DNA of 64,000 nt, from assembly GCA_965218425.1 (NCBI GenBank), contig OZ244621.1, positions 1,024,001-1,088,000 on the forward strand. Reading direction: 5' to 3'. Both the position numbers and the translations under genes were made by a program. The notes below the pieces were generated by a model that was not told the origin of the DNA, made no database searches, and saw only the letters and a program-made list of their open reading frames with translations. The stretch is from an uncultured Candidatus Binatia bacterium (GTDB lineage Bacteria > Desulfobacterota > Binatia > UBA9968 > CAXXLF01). Positions 38,052 through 48,846 of this stretch are shown piece after piece (positions within the stretch are counted from its first letter, which is position 1; the number at the start of each line of letters is the position of its first letter).

Positions 38052-39212
38052 TTAGGTCGCCCGTTCGTCCGTGGTGCCCACCTCACCAGTGCACCAGGGC
38101 ACAAACGCTTTCATTCGGCAGGTTGCACCGTTCTTTTTCAAGTCCTTTTCGAAGATCTCGTGGATCTCGCGGTCTTCGTCCTCGTACTCGATCTGCCAGC
38201 CGCCCTGCTTAACGCTTTTTTGCGCGTACTCTCCCCGAACACGCTGAGGAGTGCGGAGCCCCATATTGCCCGAGTATATGGCAAGGTATCGGGCACGGGT
38301 AGCACCGCTGTTAAAGTGTTGGTGGAAGCAGTTATCACTGGGAACAATGACCAGGGCACCTTTCTTCCAATCCGCCTTGACCATGTCCGAGCGGTCATCC
38401 TTGGTCCAGCACAACGAGTAGCCGCTGGTGCCGCTTAGCAGCACCAGATTCGCCCCTGGGCCATGGCGGTGAGCTTTTTTGTAGGTGCCCACGGGGAACT
38501 CGGAAATATGGCTCTTCATGTTGGCGTTGGCCATCTCCAGCATCACGTTGATACCGCCTGCTCCTCGCTCCTTCCAACCGTAGAGAGGCATGTCCGGCGC
38601 GTTGGGAATGAAGTTGGACTGCCAGACCCGGTGGGTGAATAGCTTGCCGTTGCCGCTGAAGTAGTCCTGGTCACCGTCGTAGCGGCCGCGGAATACATGG
38701 GCATCGTTAAAGACAAAATCCAGGTCGTTGAACAGGCGCATCATGGGCGGCGCGTTGGTTACCGCAAGGTAACGCACGGGCTCGCTCCCACTGCCGTTGA
38801 AGTGCTGGTACCGCAGGTTGAGGGGGATCGAGAAGAGACTTCCCTCATGCCATTCAAAGGTCTGCTTTTGCTTCTCATCCACCCAAACCGTTGTGCCCCC
38901 GCGCCCGGCAATCACGTACACCATCTCCTCGTACATATGATGCTCAGGCGCCGACTTGCCGCCCGGTTTGATCTCCACCACCTGGGAGTCGTTATTCAGA
39001 TGGTCGTTGGGAATGTTGATGATGGCGCCACTGCCCCCCTTGCGCTCCCAGGGGGTCAGTTCGATGGCCTTGAGGTCCTCAAAAGCAAAATCATTGATGA
39101 CACGGACGCCTTCTCTCTTTTGCCACTCCTTGTAAGCATCCTCTAACTCAAAGTCTTGGAGGCCCTCCTTTGGAGTCTCCGCGATCTTCATATCAGTTCC
39201 TAGCATGACCAT
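38052..39212 (-). CDS. Bicupin protein (gentisate dioxygenase-like architecture), paralog 1
   Basis: EHHMYEE...YQHFNG and KAHRHG...HQHFN cupin motifs; 386 aa from 39212, same length as its neighbour. Confidence 0.85.
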   Translation of the reverse strand: MVMLGTDMKIAETPKEGLQDFELEDAYKEWQKREGVRVINDFAFEDLKAIELTPWERKGGSGAIINIPNDHLNNDSQVVEIKPGGKSAPEHHMYEEMVYVIAGRGGTTVWVDEKQKQTFEWHEGSLFSIPLNLRYQHFNGSGSEPVRYLAVTNAPPMMRLFNDLDFVFNDAHVFRGRYDGDQDYFSGNGKLFTHRVWQSNFIPNAPDMPLYGWKERGAGGINVMLEMANANMKSHISEFPVGTYKKAHRHGPGANLVLLSGTSGYSLCWTKDDRSDMVKADWKKGALVIVPSDNCFHQHFNSGATRARYLAIYSGNMGLRTPQRVRGEYAQKSVKQGGWQIEYEDEDREIHEIFEKDLKKNGATCRMKAFVPWCTGEVGTTDERAT

Positions 39213-39276
39213 GGCATTTTCCTCTTCCCCAGTACGTGGAGGTATAACGGATCCTGATGAACTGCTCGCCAAAAAA

Positions 39277-39410
39277 CTAACCGCAGACTGACGCTGATAA
39301 GCACAGATGAAAATTTTTAGAATCTGGCCGCTCCGGCCAGATCTTTATCTGCGAAAATCTGCATAAATCCGCGGTTAATAGCTATTGACGCTCTGCGCTT
39401 AGCGCTTTGC
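39277..39410. repeat. Palindromic nonamer repeat between the bicupin paralogs
   Basis: TAACCGCAGAC-TGACGCTGAT-AAGCACAGAT ... ATCTGCGAAA-ATCTGCATAA-ATCCGCGGTTA, with central hairpin ATCTGGCCG/CGGCCAGAT. Confidence 0.75.
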
Positions 39411-39420
39411 CCCCGTTTTT

Positions 39421-40581
39421 TTAGGTTTCTTTCTCGCTCGTGGGGCCCACTTCACCGGTGCACCACGGGACAAATGCCTTCATCTTGCACGGCGCGCCGT
39501 GGGACTTGAGGTCCTTTTCAAAGATCTCGTGGAGCTCGCGGTCCTCGTCACCGTACTCGATCTGCCAGCCACCTTCCTTGATGCTCTTGTCAGCAAAGTC
39601 GCCGCCGCCACCCCGTGGCGAGTTCAGGCCTTGATCACCCGAGCGCAGCGCCAGGTAACGGGCCCGATTCGTGCCGGTGTTGAAGTGCTGGTGATAGCAG
39701 TTGTCGCTAGGAACGGTGACCATGGAACCCTGCTGCCAGTCGCATTTGATCATGTCGGAACGGTCTTCTTTGGTCCAGACCAGGGAAAAGCCGCCTGTTC
39801 CGCTGAGCAGCACCAAGTGAGCGCCCGGACCGTGGCGGTGGGCCTTCTTGTAGGTGCCTATGGGGAACTCGGAAATATGGCTCTTCATATTGTTATTGGC
39901 CATCTCCAGCATGGCGTTGATGCCGCCGGCACCCCGCTCCTTCCACCCGTATAGCAGCATGTCCGGCGCGTTGGCGATGAAGTTGGACTCCCACACACGA
40001 CGCTTGTAGAGCTTGCCGTTGCCGCTGAAGTAGTCTTCCTCGCCCGAAAAGCGGGATTCGAACTTGAAATCGGAGTTGAACATGAACTTGTTATCTTTGA
40101 AAAGCCGCATCATAGGCGGGGCGTTGGTTACGGCAATGTACCGTGCAGGTTCCGTGCCGCTGCCATTGAAGTTCTGGTACGTGGCATTAAGCGGAATGGA
40201 AAATAGGCTGCCGGTGTGCCACTCGAAGGTCTGCTTCTGCTTGTCATTGTTCCAGATGGTGGTTCCGCCGTTGCCCGAGATCACGTAGACGGTAAGCTCA
40301 TACATGTGGTGCTCCGGTTCGGACTTGCCTCCCGGCTTGATCTCCACCACGTGACAGTCGTTGGGCATATGGCGGTTATTGATGTGGGTAACCGCGCCTT
40401 TGCCTCCCTTGCGCTCCCACGGCCCAAGTTCCACCTTCGCCAAGCTCGGGAAGTAAAATTCCTCATAGACCTTGACGTCTTCACTTTCCAGCCAATCCTC
40501 ATAGGCGTCAGGGGTGGTAAAGTCTGATAGACCGTCTTTCGGAGTTTCAGCTACCTTCATATCGGTTCCTAGCATTACCAT
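39421..40581 (-). CDS. Bicupin protein, paralog 2
   Basis: EHHMYE and KAHRHGPGAH...HQHFN; near-identical blocks with 38052-39212. Confidence 0.87.
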   Translation of the reverse strand: MVMLGTDMKVAETPKDGLSDFTTPDAYEDWLESEDVKVYEEFYFPSLAKVELGPWERKGGKGAVTHINNRHMPNDCHVVEIKPGGKSEPEHHMYELTVYVISGNGGTTIWNNDKQKQTFEWHTGSLFSIPLNATYQNFNGSGTEPARYIAVTNAPPMMRLFKDNKFMFNSDFKFESRFSGEEDYFSGNGKLYKRRVWESNFIANAPDMLLYGWKERGAGGINAMLEMANNNMKSHISEFPIGTYKKAHRHGPGAHLVLLSGTGGFSLVWTKEDRSDMIKCDWQQGSMVTVPSDNCYHQHFNTGTNRARYLALRSGDQGLNSPRGGGGDFADKSIKEGGWQIEYGDEDRELHEIFEKDLKSHGAPCKMKAFVPWCTGEVGPTSEKET

Positions 40582-40863
40582 AGTGATTTCCTCCTCATTA
40601 GAATGATACGATTTTGCTTTTTGGACTGACCGCCCGGGAGAACGGATTTGGTCCCCATTACCGCTACTTAGAAGTTCCCGGTTGCTGGTGCAATTGTGCG
40701 ATTTCCCGGCTGGCCCATTTTGAAGTGGACAATAGGAAATAAAGGACTATTTGTCAACCTGAACTCGGATGTCAGATTGACCTGAATTTTGAGCCCCGCC
40801 ATAAGTGGGAACACATCAAATCGTTTCCTTGACGGTAATGATAGTTCGAAGCGGATTCGAACC

Positions 40864-41622
40864 TCACCGGCCCGTGATCCATCGCTCGTAATGGCGCCAC
40901 ACCCCGCTGGGTTTGCGTGCCGTGGGCGCCACTTCCGGCTTGAGATGGGCCTGCTCAGCTAACTTTCTCATATTGGCCCCGAAATCGGCCATCTGCTCCT
41001 TGGTGATGGTGGGATGATCAGGCCCCATGGCCGTGTAGGCGTAGTAGTTCATGCGCGCCTGTTCTTCGAGGTGAAGCATATTAGTGACTGCCTCCTCCAA
41101 ATCCTCCCCCGCCGTAGCCGCCCCGTGCCCCTGGAGCAGGATCGCCTTGGAGTCACCTAATAGCTTGGCCACTTCCGCACCGTCTTCTTCGCGAATAATG
41201 AGACGCGGGAATGGAAACATGGGAAGCGGATTTCGAAACATGGCCATCCCTTCTATGCACATGGGCCTGATGTTAGCCTGTAAGACGCTCATCAACACCG
41301 TGAAACGCGGATGCACGTGCACCACAGATTGGACTTCGGGGTGCCCGCGCAGGATGCAGGAGTGCATCTTCACCTCGTTGGGCAGATTCAGTTCCTTTGG
41401 CCCATCCGTCTTGAATCCTTCCAGGTCGCACACCACCAGGTGGTCTTCCTCGATAAGGGACAACGCAGGGCCAAGTCCTTTGATCACGAACCGATCCGGA
41501 TTGCCCGGCAGTCGCATGCTTGCGTGTCCCCGCTCGATGGTCGGACCGTCGGCAAGGCCCATCTCGAACAGCATACGATTGGCAATCACGACTTCCCGCT
41601 TGACGTCATCGATTTCCGCCAT
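40864..41622 (-). CDS. Class II aldolase/adducin family protein
   Basis: GHAS.R, PNEVKMH, VVHVHP, LLQGHG Zn-ligand motifs. Confidence 0.9.
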   Translation of the reverse strand: MAEIDDVKREVVIANRMLFEMGLADGPTIERGHASMRLPGNPDRFVIKGLGPALSLIEEDHLVVCDLEGFKTDGPKELNLPNEVKMHSCILRGHPEVQSVVHVHPRFTVLMSVLQANIRPMCIEGMAMFRNPLPMFPFPRLIIREEDGAEVAKLLGDSKAILLQGHGAATAGEDLEEAVTNMLHLEEQARMNYYAYTAMGPDHPTITKEQMADFGANMRKLAEQAHLKPEVAPTARKPSGVWRHYERWITGR

Positions 41623-41650
41623 GGTAACCTCCTGACCATTTCTAATAACT

Positions 41651-41865
41651 CAACCGCAGATTTCCGCCGATTATCGCAGATGAAAGATGGCAAAGAGCAT
41701 AGAGTTCACTTTTAAGCTATCAGCTTTCAGCCCTCAGCTCCGAACACATTCCTGCCCGTTGCATCTGCTAACTTTTTTTGTCTTTTCGTCCCGTTTTCAG
41801 TAATTCGTTGTCTCATTTCGCTTTGCGCTATGCTGATTCCGGGTCCGCGTAAATCTGCGGTTAAA
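41651..41865. repeat. Palindromic nonamer/heptamer repeat
   Basis: AACCGCAGATTTCCGCCGATTATCGCAGAT ... AAATCTGCGGTT termini; internal AGCTATC-AGCTTTC-AGCCCTC heptamers. Confidence 0.7.
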
Positions 41866-41910
41866 AGCTCTTGATGCCATACACTTTCTCTTATTTCTCG
41901 CAAGGGGGTA

Positions 41911-42441
41911 CTAGATCGGTTTGGCGTCGATGAGCACAAAGGCCACCCGGCATGGCTCGTTGCTACGGTTGCTCCAGGCATGGCTGGTGCCGCGTTGAAT
42001 CAGGCAATCGCCTTGCCCCATCAAGGTCTCGCCCTCGTCCATAACGGCATAGATCTCACCAGAAAGGACGATCGCGTAATCGATGGAATCGGTTTTGTGC
42101 ATGCCCGGATGACGCGAGGTGTCGGTGGCGGCCGACCTGCCCAGACCCGCGTTTCGAAACGACATATCTTCTTTTGTCCCTGCTGCGAAGCGGGCACTGT
42201 CGGGCGGGTACTCCACGATTCGGAATCGGGTGCCCTTTGGCGGTGGGTGCAAGGAGCTTGGGCGGTTCCCGGTGTCCTCACCACCGCTGTTGTCGGCGGG
42301 AGCCGAGTCTGTGCTCCAAAGCTCCGTCACCCCCCCGCCACCCGGGCGATCGCGAACGTTCTTCGCGTTTTCATCTATCAGGAACACAGAGCGGCCTTCA
42401 AGGTCGTGGCCTGTGACAATGCGCCGAATGGGTCGAGCCAT
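41911..42441 (-). CDS. Cupin domain protein
   Basis: RRIVTGHD.EGRS, HPGMHKTDSIDYAIVLSGEI, QRGTSHAWSN. Confidence 0.88.
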   Translation of the reverse strand: MARPIRRIVTGHDLEGRSVFLIDENAKNVRDRPGGGGVTELWSTDSAPADNSGGEDTGNRPSSLHPPPKGTRFRIVEYPPDSARFAAGTKEDMSFRNAGLGRSAATDTSRHPGMHKTDSIDYAIVLSGEIYAVMDEGETLMGQGDCLIQRGTSHAWSNRSNEPCRVAFVLIDAKPI

Positions 42442-42518
42442 GTGATGCCTCCCGATAAATGAGATTCTACAGGAGAAAAGATTCCTAGAACCAATAGCGA
42501 CTTGATCGCAAGCGCTGG

Positions 42519-44144
<1,626 letters not shown>

Positions 44145-44338
44145 AATTAAACCTCACTTATTTCTACGCCATGCAAATGAAACGACATTGCCAATGCATC
44201 AAAACTTAGCGCCTCCGCCGGTGATGTCAACCCGACATCCTGATTGAGACCTGACGGCTTGTTGTCCTATTGCATTGGCACCTCTTGTCTTTAGTACCAA
44301 TTATTAGGTAAAGAAAGGCTCAGAAAGAGGGGATAACT

Positions 44339-45454
44339 ATGGCCAAGCCGGAAATGACCTTTGAACAATGGTGGGTAGGCAGCCACTATCGCAGGTTCGT
44401 CGAGCAAGAGGGGGCTCCCCTCTATAAGGGCAGTTATCTCGACGATTTGAGTACCTTGAAACTCGCCGACTGGGAGAGACGGGGTGGAAAAGTGGGCTAC
44501 ACCCGCTTGGCCGACCAGGAAAAGATCAGCTTTCAGATCGTTGAGATCCCGCCCAAGGGTCAACTCAAACCCGAGCACCATATGTACGAAGCCGTGATGT
44601 ACGTGCTCAAGGGCACAGGGGCCACCGAGATCTGGCAAGAAGGGGAACCAAAGCGAACTATCGAGTGGTCCGAAGGAGCCCTCCTCGCTATTCCCCTCAA
44701 CGCCTGGCACCAGGAATTTAACAATTCCGGAAGTGAGCCGTGCCGCATCGTCTTTGGCACCAACATGGCCCAGGTCATCAACCTCTATCACGATGTAAAC
44801 TACGTATTTAACAATCCCTACTCCTTCAAAAACCGATACAGCTATTCCATGGATAGCTATTACAGCGATGAAGGCACACACCGTAATCTGAGGCTGTTTG
44901 AAACGAATTTTATTCCCGATATTCGAACTTTTAACTTGGACGAGTGGAAAGAGAGGGGCACACGTACCTCCATCATGCGTCTCTATATGGGAAACGCCTC
45001 GTCACAGATTCATATCCTCGAGGTTGGCGAAGGTACCTACGTGACCGCACACAGGCATGGTCAGGGTCCTCACGTCATGGTCGTTGGTGGCGAGGGTTAT
45101 GAGCTGTTGTTTTTCCCTGGAGCGGAGATGGATGCGAGCAAGAGGCTCAAGGTACCGGTCAAGCCTTACGGAGTCGTAGCGCCCAAACTGAACGAGTATC
45201 ATCAGCATTTCAATACTGGAAAGGGTCCTTTCAGGCAGCTTGCCTTCAAGGGTTGGGATCCCAGCGGCGCTTCCATCAGCAACAAGGGCCAGTACGATCC
45301 CGTGGGAGCAGCGAAAAGCGACAATCCGCACGCATACTCTTTCAAGCTCCGCTACGACAAAGAAGACCCGAAAATCCGAGAGGAGTATTATCAAGAGCTG
45401 GAAAAAAACGGCATCTCCTTGAGACTCCCGCCCCTCGACCAGGGAGCGGGATGA
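44339..45454 (+). CDS. Bicupin protein, divergent paralog 3
   Basis: WERRGG, PEHHMYE, IPLNAWHQ, AHRHGQGPH, YHQHFNTG, EDP.IRE motifs shared with paralogs 1 and 2. Confidence 0.85.
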   Translation: MAKPEMTFEQWWVGSHYRRFVEQEGAPLYKGSYLDDLSTLKLADWERRGGKVGYTRLADQEKISFQIVEIPPKGQLKPEHHMYEAVMYVLKGTGATEIWQEGEPKRTIEWSEGALLAIPLNAWHQEFNNSGSEPCRIVFGTNMAQVINLYHDVNYVFNNPYSFKNRYSYSMDSYYSDEGTHRNLRLFETNFIPDIRTFNLDEWKERGTRTSIMRLYMGNASSQIHILEVGEGTYVTAHRHGQGPHVMVVGGEGYELLFFPGAEMDASKRLKVPVKPYGVVAPKLNEYHQHFNTGKGPFRQLAFKGWDPSGASISNKGQYDPVGAAKSDNPHAYSFKLRYDKEDPKIREEYYQELEKNGISLRLPPLDQGAG

Positions 45455-45514
45455 AACACGAAATCAAGCTAATCTAAAAACTCTTGGGAGCTGAATTCCA
45501 ACAGCCGAATTGGC

Positions 45515-45637
45515 CTAGTTGCTTAGTTCTTCCTTAAGCCTCTCAGCAAGCCAAATGCGGGCAAGAGTGGTGGCGTCGGTTGTGCGCTGGCGGGCGAGCC
45601 TGCTCAGCACTGCCTTCATGGCGTGTGGAATCCTCAT
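45515..45637 (-). pseudogene. Remnant of an RHH/CopG-type antitoxin-like gene
   Basis: Manual translation (AQLS)MRIPHAMKAVLSRLARQRTTDATTLARIWLAERLKEELSN*; beta-alpha-alpha pattern; no RBS or partner toxin seen. Confidence 0.45.
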
Positions 45638-45772
45638 GCTAAGCTGCGCCGTATTGTATAGAGTTTATTTAAGAGTCCGTTATTATTGATTTTATTAAAG
45701 CCGGGACGTAGCTAAATATCGACCAATCATGCTATAGAGACGAGCATTCGGTGTATTATTTAAGGAGAGATA

Positions 45773-46723
45773 TTGGCTACTGAGAATAAAGTCGATTGCG
45801 CGATCATAGGTCCGCTGAGCCTTATGAAGCCGACGGTTAATCCGGAGGAGATTCAGGGTTACTTTCGAAGAGCCGAGGAGCTTGGGTTTCACAGTGTCTG
45901 GTTAACGGAGCAGTCCGGTTTCAGGGGCCGGACCGGCGCCCTGGAAAGCATGGCCCTCATGAGTTACGCGGCGGCTATCACCACGCGGATCCGGCTGGGA
46001 TTCGCAGTCATGCTCATCAACCTGCGTAACCCCATTACCGTGGCAAGAGGCATGGCCACCGTGGATCAACTCAGCAAGGGCCGGTTGATTTTAGGCGTCG
46101 CTCTGGGAGCCTCCACCGGCGTCTACGGGGCGTACGGACTGGCCGCAGAGCGTCGGGTCGCCCGTTTCAATGAATCGCTTAACTATATTAAAAAGCTTTG
46201 GACGGAAGAGGACCTGACCTTCGGAGGTGAGTTCTTTCAGATCAAAAACGCCAATCTGCTTCCCAAACCCGTACAGAAGCCCCACCCCCCCATTTGGTTT
46301 GGCGGCAACGTTCCTGCAGCCCTCAAACGTGCCGTGAGAAACGGCACCGGTTTCATCGGTGCCGGCTCCTCTTCCACCGCCGAATTCAAGTCCAACGTCC
46401 AGACTATCCGCCAGGAACTCGAAGCGGCAAAGAAAGACCCGGCTCAATTCCCCCTTGCGAAGAGGGTCAATCTCGCTGTGGACAAGGACAGCGACCGCGC
46501 CCGCAAACGTCTCAGGGAATGGTTCGGGGCGTATTACAATGATCCGGATCGGGCAGACCGGGTCTCGGTCTGGGGCACCGCGGAACAGGTCGTGGAAGGC
46601 CTACGGGAAGTCATCTCCGCCGGCGCGCAGATGGTCATTTTGAGCCCCGTCTTCGACGGCATGGAACAGATGGACATCCTCGCCAGCGAGGTCGTCCCAA
46701 CACTGACTGGGTCGAAAGCTTGA
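45773..46723 (+). CDS. LLM-class oxidoreductase (F420/flavin-dependent-like)
   Basis: AEELGFHSVWLTE, IRLG, DQLSKGRLILG, PKPVQKPHPPIWFGG. Confidence 0.9.
   Translation: MATENKVDCAIIGPLSLMKPTVNPEEIQGYFRRAEELGFHSVWLTEQSGFRGRTGALESMALMSYAAAITTRIRLGFAVMLINLRNPITVARGMATVDQLSKGRLILGVALGASTGVYGAYGLAAERRVARFNESLNYIKKLWTEEDLTFGGEFFQIKNANLLPKPVQKPHPPIWFGGNVPAALKRAVRNGTGFIGAGSSSTAEFKSNVQTIRQELEAAKKDPAQFPLAKRVNLAVDKDSDRARKRLREWFGAYYNDPDRADRVSVWGTAEQVVEGLREVISAGAQMVILSPVFDGMEQMDILASEVVPTLTGSKA
46628..46698 (+). repeat. ~70-bp direct repeat, copy 1 (3' end of the LLM gene)
   Basis: CAGATGGTCATTTTGAGCCCCGTCTTCGACGGCATGGAACAGATGGACATCCTCGCCAGCGAGGTCGTCCC recurs at 47701-47771 with 4 mismatches. Confidence 0.9.
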
Positions 46724-46852
46724 CCGAAGCCAACCGTCCTCTAACCCCAGACGATGCGGACCAGGGCTGACTCGCGGACCATCTCATCTCCCAATCAGGG
46801 CGAATAGATAAAAAGGCTTCGACCATCGATCTGAATCGACTTATGCATTGCG

Positions 46853-46881
46853 TTGACCTTAACTATCATAGTTGCTATCCT
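46853..46881 (+). promoter_or_regulatory. TA operon promoter with palindromic operator
   Basis: TTGACC-N17-TATCCT; palindrome AACTAT-C-ATAGTT (46861-46873) lies in the spacer. Confidence 0.7.
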
Positions 46882-46908
46882 ATCTTATCTGATACCTTTG
46901 GAAGTGTG

Positions 46909-47181
46909 ATGAAGACCATGAGTGCCCTGGAAGTGCGAAAGAAATTTGGCAGCGTCCTAGACATGGTGTGCAAGGAACGGATTCCCATCACGATCTCTCG
47001 GGCTAATAAGCCCTTGGCGGTTTTGGTCCCCGCTCAAGATTATAGAGCGAGAAACGCCGGGCGAGAAACCCGTTTGCGTCCGGCCGCTGAGAAAATCGTT
47101 GAGTGGAAAAAGGTCCGTGCGCAAAAGCTCAAAGGACTCAATGCAGTTAAGCTATTGAGGGAGAGCCGGGAGGAGAGGTGA
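46909..47181 (+). CDS. Phd/YefM family antitoxin
   Basis: MKTMSALEVRKKFGSVLD.V..ERIPITISRANKPLAVLVP; stop overlaps the toxin start (GTGA). Confidence 0.85.
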   Translation: MKTMSALEVRKKFGSVLDMVCKERIPITISRANKPLAVLVPAQDYRARNAGRETRLRPAAEKIVEWKKVRAQKLKGLNAVKLLRESREER

Positions 47182-47576
47182 GGGTTGTAGATGCCTCCTT
47201 AGTGCTTCAGTGGCTTATAGAACAGCCCTCCGCAATCTCTAGAGAGGTCTTAGAAGAACACATTAACGGAGGTGAGCCGCTGGTTGCGCCGGAGCTATTA
47301 AATTATGAAGTTGGAAATGTTCTCGTTACAAAAGTAAAATTGCCTGCCCAGGATGCCTCGGAGCTGTTTGGCTATTTTCTTGACCTAGGAATTGAGACTT
47401 ACACTCTCGGGGCTGACGAATATCAAGCCACTCTAGATCTAGCCCACCGCTACAGGTTGACGGTTTACGACGCAAGTTACGTCGCGCTTGCCCTTGCTCT
47501 GGAGGTCAAGCTAGTGACTGCTGATAAAAGATTAGCCGCCCGCACCCGTGCATCAAAAATCGTTGAAGGTATCTAG
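47178..47576 (+). CDS. vapC: VapC-type PIN domain toxin
   Basis: VVDASLV, APELLNYEVGN, LTVYDASYVALA, LVTADKRL. Confidence 0.9.
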   Translation: MRVVDASLVLQWLIEQPSAISREVLEEHINGGEPLVAPELLNYEVGNVLVTKVKLPAQDASELFGYFLDLGIETYTLGADEYQATLDLAHRYRLTVYDASYVALALALEVKLVTADKRLAARTRASKIVEGI

Positions 47577-47700
47577 CTCGCTGCTTCTCGGAGCTATCCT
47601 CCGGATACACGAGACCTACGATAATTGCCACAACTTGCATCATCTCCCAGGGGAAGTCCCGCGGTCAAAGATGCAAAGTCAAGTAGTGACTCCCATTAGG

Positions 47701-47771
47701 CAGATGGTGATTTTGAGCCCCGTCTTCGACGGCATGGAACAGATGGAAATCCTCGCCAGCGAGGTGGTTCC
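47701..47771 (+). repeat. ~70-bp direct repeat, copy 2 (detached alternative LLM 3' end)
   Basis: Encodes QMVILSPVFDGMEQMEILASEVVP, continuing RLTRMKG*. Confidence 0.9.
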
Positions 47772-47895
47772 TCGCCTCACTAGAATGAAGGGATAATTAA
47801 ATACAATAAACGAGATCAATTTGAAGCATTGCATTGCGCTCACTGAGAGCAACATGCGGCTGGTAATCTAATTTCGCTCTCTTCCGTGTCTTTCA

Positions 47896-48440
47896 GTAAA
47901 TTTCCCCGGACTTACGTTTGGGGCTTTTCTCAGAATGCAAGCTTCGCTTGTCCCAAGTCTCCTTTTTCCTGATACCGAACCTATCCCCTGATTGCGTCCT
48001 CATCCAAGCCCACCGTGCTTACGAAATACCCCACCGACCCTATCCCACCGCTCCCCCAGTATCGTTCCCGCAAAAACTCAATCTTCTCTTTGAGCCCCCT
48101 CCCCGTGTTCTGCTTCATCATTTGCACTACCCTCCCAATACTGTACTTCGGTGCAAAACTCATTACCCTGTGGACATGATCCGGTTCGATATTTCGCTCG
48201 ATATCTTCCACCTCCGGGTACCTCTTGCCAATCTCATCCAGTTTCACCCTCAGGGACTCATCGACCCCTTTCACCAAAACCTCGTATCGATACCGCGGTA
48301 TCCACACAACGTGGTACATGCAACGATACACACCGTGTGCTTGTCTTCTCAGTTCCACGCATCGACTATACCACTATCAACCAAAGAAGACTTGGGAGCC
48401 CGATACACCCCCGGACTTACGTCGGGGATCTTCTAAGGTG
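47896..48440 (-). mobile_element. IS200-type element (tnpA only, no tnpB)
   Basis: Near-identical subterminal hairpins CCCCGGACTTACGTTTGGGG (47904-47923) and CCCCGGACTTACGTCGGGG (~48409-48427) flank tnpA; exact left end uncertain. Confidence 0.85.
47930..48358 (-). pseudogene. tnpA: Y1 HUH transposase TnpA with premature stop
   Basis: YHVVWIPRYR, EPDHVH (HUH), GYFVSTVG; reads IRG*VRYQEK, with TAG (47981-47983) at the expected catalytic Tyr of YxxxQ. Confidence 0.88.
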
Positions 48441-48555
48441 TTATTAGAAAAACGGGGAGAGGCCAGTTGTTCCAACCAGCAATCTCAATAGAGCAGCCTG
48501 AGGTAGCCCGGGTTTGACGGACACCCAAAAAGGGGACAAGATAAGAAGGTATCCG

Positions 48556-48846
48556 ATGCACAAGCGAAGGCGATTCACCCAGGAGTTTAAATTGCAGGCT
48601 GTGCGACTTCTTGAGGCGGGCCCTCGGCCAGCAGCGGAGATTGCACGGGAACTGGGAGTCCCTCGCAACCGGTTGTACAAGTGGCAGGAGCAAGTGAGCA
48701 ACAATGGGGCGGCGGCATTTCCAGGCACGGGTCGAGGGAGAGACAACGATGAGGTGGCACGGTTAAAGCGGGAGCTGGAGCGGGTAACGCAAGAGCGAGA
48801 TATACTAAAAAAGGCCGCAGCGTACTTTGCCAAGGAGCTCAAGTAA
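48556..48846 (+). CDS. IS3 transposase OrfA
   Basis: RRRFTQEFKLQAV HTH, IARELGV, ERDILKKAAAYFAKE. Confidence 0.9.
   Translation: MHKRRRFTQEFKLQAVRLLEAGPRPAAEIARELGVPRNRLYKWQEQVSNNGAAAFPGTGRGRDNDEVARLKRELERVTQERDILKKAAAYFAKELK

Noticed and set aside
13192..41865. Short repeat arrays considered as possible CRISPR
   Set aside because: Units are 7-9 bp, degenerate and lack unique spacers; no cas genes.
47981..47983. In-frame TAG in tnpA as possible recoding or pyrrolysine
   Set aside because: The position needs a catalytic Tyr, TAG is one substitution from TAT/TAC, and other residues also look decayed.
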